Shown: in pieces, positions 9,267-16,710 of the stretch
Numbering within the stretch: the first letter of the stretch is position 1
How the letters are laid out: the number at the start of each line of letters is the position of its first letter
Origin: Pirellula staleyi DSM 6068
Lineage (GTDB): Bacteria; Planctomycetota; Planctomycetia; Pirellulales; Pirellulaceae
Assembly (NCBI GenBank): GCA_000025185.1
Contig: CP001848.1
Location: 780,001 to 812,000 of the forward strand
Reading direction: 5' to 3'
DNA length: 32,000 nt
Notes under the pieces: generated by a model
Told to the model about the DNA's origin: nothing
The model's database searches: none
Seen by the model: only the letters and a program-made list of their open reading frames with translations
Translations under genes and position numbers: made by a program

Positions 9267-10901
9267 TTAGTAGTTGAAACGGAGTTCGCTGCTGGTGATG
9301 AGGGACCAGATCACTTGCTTCACCGCTTCTTTGCGGCGATCGCTGCGGGCATCGAAGTAGGTGCGAATCGCTTCGACTTCGACACTTTCGGGATTTCGCG
9401 CGGTGGTTTGCCAGACTGCGGTTTCGGCGCGCTCGGCAGTGTTGTCGATTTTCTCGAGCATCCCCACCAGCGTGTCGCCACCGTCGCGAAGAAGTTCGTT
9501 TTGAATTCGGTCGCTGTTGGAGAGCAGCAGCGCTTCGTCGACACTCACCTGAAACTCTTCCCCCGGAAGTTCGAACAGACCAGCCAATCCACGGGCGCTG
9601 CCTTCGGTCTGCTCCATCCGTTTTTCGAGTTCTTCGGCCGAGAGATCGGCGGGAAAACGTTCGGGAGCGAGTGTCGCCAAACGGAGTGCGGTGGCATATT
9701 GCCAAGGCTTGAGGGGACGCACCAGCGCGGCGGCAAAATAGTCGTCAGCAGGTCGCTCGCTCGACGCTTCCCAGCGGCTGCTGCGAGCATAGGCCTCGCT
9801 CAGCACGATGCCGCGCACGAGCCGCTTCAGATCGTAGTTGTGCTCTTGAAAATCACGCGCAAGCCAGGCGAGCAGTTCGGGATGGCTGGCCGGGTTCTCG
9901 CTATGCATCTGATCGACCGGCATCACCAGCCCGCGACCGAGCAGACGATTCCAGGTGTGATTCACAGCAGCGCGAGCGAAGAACGAATCGTCGCGCTTGG
10001 CCAGCCCCACCTCCACCAGCTTCGCGCGGCGCGAAAAGGCCGGCGCAGGGGGCGTTTGCTTCTCTTTCTTCAGCTGCTCGAGCAGTTCCTTCTCCGCTTT
10101 GCGCGCCGCTTCGTCGGGCTCGGCCGAAGCTGGTTCGTCGACCACTTCACTCGTCAGGAACATCAGCTTGGCAACCTTCGATTCCCCTTCCACCGTCTTG
10201 TAGTCGACCAGACCGTAGCTCTTCTCGCCGATCCGATCCCCCACTTCAAACGTGCGGCTGAAGAACGACTTCATCCCGAAGTAATGCTCCTGCGTCCAGT
10301 CGCTCACCAGCGGATGATCGTGACACTTGGCGCAGCTGACATTCACCCCGAAGAAGAGCACACTCGCATCGGCGGTCAGCTGATCGAGATCGGCCGTGCG
10401 CGAGCGAATGAACTGAATCGCCCCCTTCTGCTCGGTGTCTCCCTCTTGGCCGACGATCATGTCGCGAAACATGTCGCTCCAAGGCTTGTTGTTCTTCACC
10501 GCTTCGGCCAGATAGTCGCGAAGCGAACCGCGAGCACCCTTCATCAGCAGCGCGTCGAGTTCGGCTGTTTGCTGACGCACAAACGACGGCGTGGCGAGCA
10601 GGCTGTCGACCATCAAGGTCCGTTTGGCCGGATCGGTGTTGGCTTGATAGGCCCGCACTTCCGCTGCGATGGGAGGACGCCCAACCAGATCGAGCATCGT
10701 GCGACGTAGCAAGTTGGCATCGTCGGCCAGTGGTGCCGGGGTGATGCTCTTGGCTGCGAGCCGGGCGGTGATGTAGTGGTTGATCGCCTCTTCGATCGGC
10801 TTATCGGCGGGGAGCAGATCCTCGGCGGAGGCCCACGAACCGAGCGTCAGCGCCAGGAGCGTGGCAAGTGCGCAGCACGCAAGAGAAAGCGAACGAGGCA
10901 T
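9267..10901 (-). CDS. DUF1549 + DUF1553 domain protein (planctomycete PSD-type), Sec signal, no N-terminal cytochrome-c module
   Basis: Signal MPRSLSLACCALATLLALTLGSWASA. DUF1549 hallmark SCAKCHDHP (10311-10334). The C-terminal half ends ...IWSLITSSELRFNY, typical of DUF1553. Confidence 0.9.
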   Translation of the reverse strand: MPRSLSLACCALATLLALTLGSWASAEDLLPADKPIEEAINHYITARLAAKSITPAPLADDANLLRRTMLDLVGRPPIAAEVRAYQANTDPAKRTLMVDSLLATPSFVRQQTAELDALLMKGARGSLRDYLAEAVKNNKPWSDMFRDMIVGQEGDTEQKGAIQFIRSRTADLDQLTADASVLFFGVNVSCAKCHDHPLVSDWTQEHYFGMKSFFSRTFEVGDRIGEKSYGLVDYKTVEGESKVAKLMFLTSEVVDEPASAEPDEAARKAEKELLEQLKKEKQTPPAPAFSRRAKLVEVGLAKRDDSFFARAAVNHTWNRLLGRGLVMPVDQMHSENPASHPELLAWLARDFQEHNYDLKRLVRGIVLSEAYARSSRWEASSERPADDYFAAALVRPLKPWQYATALRLATLAPERFPADLSAEELEKRMEQTEGSARGLAGLFELPGEEFQVSVDEALLLSNSDRIQNELLRDGGDTLVGMLEKIDNTAERAETAVWQTTARNPESVEVEAIRTYFDARSDRRKEAVKQVIWSLITSSELRFNY

Positions 10902-11214
10902 GGCAATTCTCGGCGGGTAGGTAGGACGCGAGGCAGGCAGGTGGGAATCGGTGGTGGGCGGAAACGGTGCACTACAGCAGAACCGGGCTCGGTAGCAGCC
11001 GACAGCGGCGTTTGGAGCGCCCCTCGATCGATCGACACTAACTTATCGGATCGCCCGAACGATTGCCAGCAGAAAAGGCGAAAAACCCGCGCCGCTAAGA
11101 AACCCTAAGGGGAGATCGTTTCCCGTTAGTAAGTTAGTCCCTCAGGGCAGGCTCAGCCAATCCGCATCCAGCGACTTGCCTTTTAATGGACGCAAGCTGC
11201 AAGATCGCGGACCT

Positions 11215-11337
11215 CAATTGCATTTTTCAGTTTTTTTTGCAATTCGCGCGGGTCATTTGTTCGCTGTGTGCATTATAGTGGAGCTGAATTGCAAATTATC
11301 GCCGAAATTGCAATTTGCGCACGCCGAACTGCAACTG
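11215..11337. promoter_or_regulatory. cluster of AATTGCAATT-type palindromic operator-like sites upstream of the Fic gene
   Basis: caattgca (11215-11222), tgcaattc (11238-11245), gaattgcaaatt (11286-11297), perfect 12-bp palindrome aaattgcaattt (11305-11316), gaactgcaactg (11326-11337). A T8 run lies at 11231-11238. Confidence 0.4.
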
Positions 11338-11369
11338 GGATCTGTTTTCTCGAGGCGGAGGATCACTCG

Positions 11370-12524
11370 ATGGACATTGCACGGTTCTCAGCCGCCTCGC
11401 CGGGCCAGACGATCGAAATCCGCACCCCTGCACGCGACTGGGCCTTCCTCCCAGATGCGTTGCCCCCTTGCGACTGGCGAATTCCCGAGCATCTCTGGCC
11501 CCTGATCGCCGACGCGCGCGAAGCTTTGGGGACTCTCAACGGCATCGGCCAAACGCTTCCCGACCCCACGCTGCTGGTCCGTCCGCTGCAAAATCGCGAG
11601 TCGCTCGCATCGTCGAGCATCGAAGGAACGTTCGTCACCCCCGAGCAGCTGTTGCTCTACCAGCTCGATCCCGAAGATCAGCCACCCGGCAATCACCAAG
11701 CTGCCGACTGGCAGGAAGTGGCGAACTACACTGCGGCGCTCCAGCAAGGAGTGCAGCTGCTGGTCGACCTGCCGATCTGCAACCGGGTGATCCGGCAGAT
11801 GCACCGAGTGCTGATGCAGGGAGTGCGTGGTTTCAGCAAGTCGCCCGGTGAGTTTCGCAAACGACAAGTTCTGATCGGCTCGCAGGGAAGATTCATCCCG
11901 CCACCGGCCGAGCATGTCGAGCCACTGATGTCGGACCTCGAACACTATGTGAACTTAAAACCCTCCAGCACCGAGCCGCTGATTGCCTGCTTCCTGGTGC
12001 ACTATCAATTCGAAACGATTTACCCGTTCGAAGATGGCAACGGTCGTGTCGGTCGCGCACTCCTGGCGCTCATGATCTACAAACTACTCGGGCACTCGCA
12101 TCCGTGGCTCTATCTCAGCCCCTATTTCGAAGAGTATCGCGACGAATACATGCGTTATCTCTTCGAAGTCAGTTCGCAAGGGGCGTGGAATCAGTGGATC
12201 GAATTCTGCCTGCGTGGCACGATTCATCAGGCGCACGATGCCCGCCAGCGCTGCTTGCAATTCAATCAGCTGCGCAAGACTTTTCACAGCCGAATCTCGG
12301 CCCCCACAGCGCGCAGCTATCGGCTCATCGAGTCGCTTTTCTCAGAGCCAATCGTCACCATTCCGTCGGTCGCGCGGAAGCTCGGCATCGCCTATCACAC
12401 CGCGCAGGAGGACATCAAACGGCTCGTCAATGCCGGAATCCTCGCGCCGCTGGAGCATCGCCGGCCCAAGGCATTCTCTGCCCAGGCAGTAATCGACGTC
12501 GCCTATCGCTCGAGCGACGTGTAA
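11370..12524 (+). CDS. Fic/DOC family protein (Fic_N-type N-terminus, C-terminal winged-HTH-like tail) with His->Tyr in the catalytic motif
   Basis: Track ORF 11268..12524 trimmed to ATG 11370, which has GGAGGA upstream. Inhibitory-helix motif SSSIEG at 11610-11627. Core motif reads YPFEDGNGRVGR (12021-12056) rather than HPFxxGNGRxxR. Confidence 0.9.
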   Translation: MDIARFSAASPGQTIEIRTPARDWAFLPDALPPCDWRIPEHLWPLIADAREALGTLNGIGQTLPDPTLLVRPLQNRESLASSSIEGTFVTPEQLLLYQLDPEDQPPGNHQAADWQEVANYTAALQQGVQLLVDLPICNRVIRQMHRVLMQGVRGFSKSPGEFRKRQVLIGSQGRFIPPPAEHVEPLMSDLEHYVNLKPSSTEPLIACFLVHYQFETIYPFEDGNGRVGRALLALMIYKLLGHSHPWLYLSPYFEEYRDEYMRYLFEVSSQGAWNQWIEFCLRGTIHQAHDARQRCLQFNQLRKTFHSRISAPTARSYRLIESLFSEPIVTIPSVARKLGIAYHTAQEDIKRLVNAGILAPLEHRRPKAFSAQAVIDVAYRSSDV

Positions 12525-12557
12525 CACTCTGCCACCCTAAACTCTGCAGCTGCCACC

Positions 12558-13355
12558 CTATTCCGCAGCTGGTGCGGTGGGGGCTTTCCAGCTGTTGTCG
12601 CGGCCGAAGAACATCATGTGCTGCCACGGCAGGCCGTCGAATTCTTTCACCAGCTTAAAGCCGTTGGCGGGGAGCTCTTTGAGAATCTGCTCCTTGCTCA
12701 TCTTGTGCTCGGCTTTGATCGGCACTTTGGGGTCCTCGCTCCGAAATTCCACCAGCACGGCGAGCCCTTTTTCCGACAGCGAGTTGCGAATCGCGGCGAG
12801 CATCTGCTCGGGATGCGAGAACTCGTGATAGACGTCGACCATCAGCACCAAATCGAGCTTTCCTTTCGGCAGCCGAGGATCGGTGAAGGTTCCCAGGATC
12901 GGCGAGAGGTTGCTGATCTCGGCGGCATCGGCCCGCTCGTTCAGAAATTTCAGCATCTCGGGCTGAATATCGACCGCGTACAAATGCCCTTCAGGTCCGA
13001 CCATTTTGGCGAGCTTCAGGGTGTAAAAGCCGTTGCCACAACCCATGTCGCAAATCGTCATCCCTTGTTTGATGCCGAGGCTGGTGAGCATCAAGCTGCA
13101 GCGTTCCTCTTGCTCGCGATTGTCGCGCGTCAGCCACTCGGCACCCAGGTAGTGCATGGTTTGCGCGATGCGGCGCCCTTTGTACTCGACGAGCGCCGGA
13201 GGACCGGTCCGCTTCACCGGCGCTTTGGGAAGATCGTCGAGCGGCGTGCTATCTTGCGCGATCGCGGCCGTGCTGAGCGCCAACAGCAGCGCGAGCAGCA
13301 GTGCTCGGCCGACAAAGTTTCCAGCTTCATGCGGATGACAAATTCGTAAGCTCAT
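12558..13355 (-). CDS. class I SAM-dependent methyltransferase with N-terminal signal/anchor
   Basis: Track ORF trimmed to ATG at 13355, which has GGAG upstream. Signal GRALLLALLLALSTAAIAQD. Motif I ICDMGCGNGFYT, post-I LYAVDIQ. Confidence 0.85.
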   Translation of the reverse strand: MSLRICHPHEAGNFVGRALLLALLLALSTAAIAQDSTPLDDLPKAPVKRTGPPALVEYKGRRIAQTMHYLGAEWLTRDNREQEERCSLMLTSLGIKQGMTICDMGCGNGFYTLKLAKMVGPEGHLYAVDIQPEMLKFLNERADAAEISNLSPILGTFTDPRLPKGKLDLVLMVDVYHEFSHPEQMLAAIRNSLSEKGLAVLVEFRSEDPKVPIKAEHKMSKEQILKELPANGFKLVKEFDGLPWQHMMFFGRDNSWKAPTAPAAE

Positions 13356-13664
13356 CGCCACAGCTCCAAGGACTTTGCAGCTGCGCAGACGCAGCAGTGC
13401 AGGTCCATCAATAATGTTTTCGAAAGGTTCGGCCCGGTGCATCCCCGCGCTTGCCGCAGGGCCTTGTAGGGCGTGCACCGCTTGTCACACTCTCCGGGCG
13501 TGCGATGATACCAAAGCTCCGCCCGATCGACGATCGCGCGGCCCCCAAGCTTCTATCGTAGAGTCCCCGGACCACTGGCCGCAAGGAACTTGCCTTCCCT
13601 GAAGTTCCAGCGGGCTGGCGCACCTCACCTCGACGCATCGCATTTCTCGTAAGGCAGACGCAGT

Positions 13665-14168
13665 ATGAAGTACCTCATCGAACAGAAACTACTCGCCTGG
13701 GGCGACGACTTTACGATCCGCGACGCCGAGGGGAAACAGATCTACTTTGTCGACGGGCAAGGGATCAGCTTTGGGAACAAGCTGTCGTTTGAAGACCTCG
13801 AGAAACAGCAGCTTGCGTTCATCGAACAGCGCGTTTGGGCGTGGGGGAACGAGTACGACATCGAGCGCGACGGAACCCTGCTCGCGCGCGTCTCGCGCAA
13901 AAGCGCCAGCAACTCGCAGGCGATGCGTTTCTTCGTCGATGTGCCGGGGCCTGAAGATCTCGAAGCGGTCGGCAACTTTATCGCCCGCGACTACAAATTC
14001 ATCCGCCACAACGTCGTCGTCGCCACTGTCCAGTCCGACGAGAGCACCGGCGGCATTTTCGTCGACGTCCCGGGCAACGAAGACGCCGTGCTCCTCCTCT
14101 CCGCCGTCATCGTCATCGACCTCGTGAGCCAAGAACCTGTCAGCAGCGCCAGCCTCTTCCGGGAATAA
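13665..14168 (+). CDS. LURP-one-related / DUF567 (Tubby C-terminal-like, scramblase-like fold) protein
   Basis: MKYLIEQKLLAWGDDFTIRDAEGKQIYFVDG...WAWGNEYDIERDG shows the repeated 'x-W-G-(D/N)-x-(F/Y)-x-I' strands typical of this family. Called from memory of the family pattern only. Confidence 0.6.
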   Translation: MKYLIEQKLLAWGDDFTIRDAEGKQIYFVDGQGISFGNKLSFEDLEKQQLAFIEQRVWAWGNEYDIERDGTLLARVSRKSASNSQAMRFFVDVPGPEDLEAVGNFIARDYKFIRHNVVVATVQSDESTGGIFVDVPGNEDAVLLLSAVIVIDLVSQEPVSSASLFRE

Positions 14169-14180
14169 GAAGGGGTGGGT

Positions 14181-14493
14181 CTAGGAACTAGGGTCTAGAG
14201 GCGAGAGGCGAGGGACGAGAGAAAAATACTTGGGTGCCTCTGCTGTGCGAAAATAAACCGTAGTAGTCTGTCTAGCGATCAATGTCATGTGGCTTTGGGT
14301 GGCTACTAGCTGGCTTGTCCAGCAGTGTGAATCGCAGCTGAGGATGACATTAACCGATAGACGAAGTAGTAGGGCCGGTTCCACCGGCCAATGCCGGTTG
14401 CCATGCTCCTGTCGCGAGGCAGCAGGAGCATGCTGAAGCTGAGAGCGATCATCTAGTGCGTAAAGCCAGCCACACCGGCCAGTGCTGAAGTGC
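14181..14493. repeat. left inverted-repeat arm (mosaic of modules A', B', D')
   Basis: ctaggaactag...gaggcgagaggcgagggacgagagaaaaatacttgggtg...; A' 14297-14327; B' 14369-14389; D' 14402-14432; ...gtaaagccagccacaccggccagtgctgaagtgccaa. Confidence 0.8.
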
Positions 14494-14513
14494 CAAACAG
14501 CCCCATCGCCAAT

Positions 14514-15746
14514 CTAAGTCCCCATCGAGGCTACGCTGGGGCGTCCAGGGAGGCAGACAGACGGGATAAAGTACTTCTGAAACTTCTTCAGAAGTGCGAC
14601 TACCCCTTCGCGCAGTTCGAGGTCGCGCTCGTCGGTGAAAATCGGCACCACCGTATAAACCCGCACACTGCGGCCGCTGGGCAGTTCTATCGGCGCACAG
14701 TCGATCAAGTCGGCAACCAGTAGCAGGCAAGTGAAATCGGTCCCCGCACCAAGCGGCACAGGCGGATCGTCGCTGGCGATGATCGTGTGCGGACCACCGA
14801 GCCAAGTCGCATTCAAGTGCGGCAAGTAGGCAATGTTTCGCAGCCACTGAAACGGCCAGCTATACGGCGAATCCTCTTGAAGCGATTCTTTCCACTTCCA
14901 ATCGCCCGGAAGATGCATCAGTAGCTCGGCATACTCAAACGCTTCACTCCCCTCGGGGACCGTCATCGGCCGCGCACTCATCCCCGTCGTGAAGATGGTG
15001 AGAAACGGCGACTCTTCCCCCGCTGGAATCACATGTACCCGAACCTCGACCTCGGCGTCGACCGGCACAATCTCTTGCAGCGCATGGGGCTCGACCGGCC
15101 CGAACTCGCCAGCGATCGCTTGAATGATGGCCTCGCGATCTGCATCACTGAATTCGGAAGTTTCCGCTGAGACAGCAGCAGGCTCCTCTTTGGGAATTGA
15201 AAGATCAAGTGCCACATCTTCTTCATGCGGCATCTGGCAACCAGCTGCACGCAGCATTTCGGCGATTTCTGTGCGTCCCTGCTCGATGGCAAAGGATAAT
15301 GCATTGCGGAGGTTTCTGCTCAAGGTCCGGAAGGTGTAGTGAGGATCGTATCCAGCCGAAAGAAGAGACTGCACAGCCTGGACATTATTGATATTCACTG
15401 CACTAATAAGGGCATTGCAGTGCGGGTCCAGTGCGAGTTCGGCACCTCGCTCTAAGAGCAGAGCAACCAACTGAAAGGAACGTTCAGGATTCTTGCAACG
15501 TACTGCTTTACACAATGCATTTCCACCAATGGGGGCGATTGCATTGATGTCAGAACCGGCGTCAATTAGTAATCGCACAACCTCAAAATTGTCGCTGTCG
15601 CTGATGGCATTGTGAAGCAATGTCCCCAGTGCTTCGTTGTGCAGAACGACTTGAGGAACCTGCGCTAGGATCTCTCTCAACTTATCAGGATCATCGTCCC
15701 AGACTGCCTTCAGGCAGTCGGAATAGGCTTGCTCAATCGTATCCAC
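14514..15746 (-). CDS. ankyrin-repeat + Suppressor-of-fused (SUFU)-like domain protein (immunity-protein-type architecture)
   Basis: N-terminal ANK units: LHNAISDSDNFEVVRLLIDAGSDINA, GGNALCKAVRCKNPE...LLLERGA. C-terminal SUFU-like pattern: VHVIPAGEESPFLTIFTTGMSARPM...AELLMHLPGDWKW...WPFQWLRNIAYLPHLNATWLGGPHTI...VYTVVPIFTDERDLELREG. AGGAG lies 6 nt upstream of the ATG. Confidence 0.85.
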   Translation of the reverse strand: MDTIEQAYSDCLKAVWDDDPDKLREILAQVPQVVLHNEALGTLLHNAISDSDNFEVVRLLIDAGSDINAIAPIGGNALCKAVRCKNPERSFQLVALLLERGAELALDPHCNALISAVNINNVQAVQSLLSAGYDPHYTFRTLSRNLRNALSFAIEQGRTEIAEMLRAAGCQMPHEEDVALDLSIPKEEPAAVSAETSEFSDADREAIIQAIAGEFGPVEPHALQEIVPVDAEVEVRVHVIPAGEESPFLTIFTTGMSARPMTVPEGSEAFEYAELLMHLPGDWKWKESLQEDSPYSWPFQWLRNIAYLPHLNATWLGGPHTIIASDDPPVPLGAGTDFTCLLLVADLIDCAPIELPSGRSVRVYTVVPIFTDERDLELREGVVALLKKFQKYFIPSVCLPGRPSVASMGT

Positions 15747-16135
15747 ATTGATCTCCTACGAGAGCTTGGCGCGAATCAATCTCACCCACGAGGCAGGTCG
15801 CCATGTCGCCGGATTCTACGAGAACGAATTAGGATTGTCTCGTATTTTTACAGTCGCTGCATTCGACTCGTCTCCAAGCCTGGTTCAGCACTTTTCGACC
15901 TGCTGACATCACAAATAGAAGACGAACAGCCATCTGTCGAACTCGCCGCCGAAGTGTGGGGCCGACGGGCCCAAGTGGGGCATCGTCATGCTCGATCAAC
16001 GAGCAGAAGACAGCATGGTTTGCCAATCAAAAGTGGCGCGAAGATGGGATGCTGGTCAGGTGTTGGCTACGGTGTAGTCGGACCTACAAGACGAAAAGAT
16101 TGTTGGGCAAACGTCTCGCATAATGGAGGGCCTGC

Positions 16136-16700
16136 TTGGCACTTCAGCACTGGCCAGAGGCCAGTGGCACCCGAGGGAGGCTTGCCGTGGAGGTCGCACT
16201 CGCGGGGCTTGGCCGGTGTGGCTGGCTTTACGGACTAGATGATCGCTCTCAGCTTCAGCATGCTCCTGCTGCTTCGCGACAGGAGCATGGCACCCGGCGT
16301 TGACTTGGAGGCAGGCAGGAGCCTGCCCTACGCGGCTGGCCAGTGGCAGCATATAGCTGCAGTCTGCTGGAAGAGTGTCTCTTGCCGACTTCGTCGGCCC
16401 CGGTAGGCGAGCTACCGAGGGTACCCTGTGTAGCCGACCTACAAGAGTAAGCTTCAGCATGCTCCTGCTGCTAACGCGACAGGAGCATGGCACCCCGGCG
16501 ATGGAAGATCTCGGGTGGGGCATGGCCGGTGCAGCCAGCCCTACGGTTTTTCTGTGCACAGCACAGCCACCCAAGTATTTTTCTCTCGCCTCCCGTACCT
16601 CGCCTCCCGTACCTCGCCTCCCGTACCTCGCCTCCCGTACCTCGCCTCCCGTCCCTCACCTCTCGTCTCTCGTCTCTCGTCCCTCGCCTCTAGCTCCTAG
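16136..16700. repeat. right inverted-repeat arm, expanded by nested modules and a minisatellite
   Basis: ttggcacttcagcactggcc...ggtgtggctggctttac...ctagatgatcgctctcagcttcag + D (16259-16289), second D (16458-16489), modules C/F (16377-16430), ...cccaagtatttttctctcg...cctctagctcctag. Confidence 0.8.
16581..16690. repeat. pyrimidine-rich 7/14-bp tandem repeat (minisatellite)
   Basis: ctcgcctcccgtac x4 perfect (16585-16640), plus one unit with 1 mismatch, then ctctcgt units. The left arm has only ~3-4 seven-mers (14198-14222). Confidence 0.9.
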
Positions 16701-16710
16701 TTGCTGGCCC

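Larger units (their letters stand above)
14181..16700. mobile_element. putative IR-bounded cassette (ankyrin-SUFU gene plus unique spacer); no transposase seen
   Basis: 14181-14493 is colinear with the reverse complement of 16136-16700. It is inserted exactly between the stops of two convergent genes (14168 and 16711). Confidence 0.4.

Noticed and set aside
12525-12557. Direct repeat tgccacccta x2 in the 33-bp gap between the convergent Fic and methyltransferase genes, possibly a bidirectional terminator
   Set aside because: No stable stem-loop can be drawn. It is only a 10-bp direct repeat.
15729-16574. ORFs 15729..16238(+) and 16056..16574(-) in the cassette spacer and right arm
   Set aside because: They read through repeated hairpin modules present elsewhere in non-coding contexts and in both orientations. 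They show no codon bias and no motifs.
16585-16654. Possible CRISPR array (regular short repeats)
   Set aside because: The units are directly adjacent 14-bp repeats with no spacers, and there are no cas genes. This is a minisatellite.
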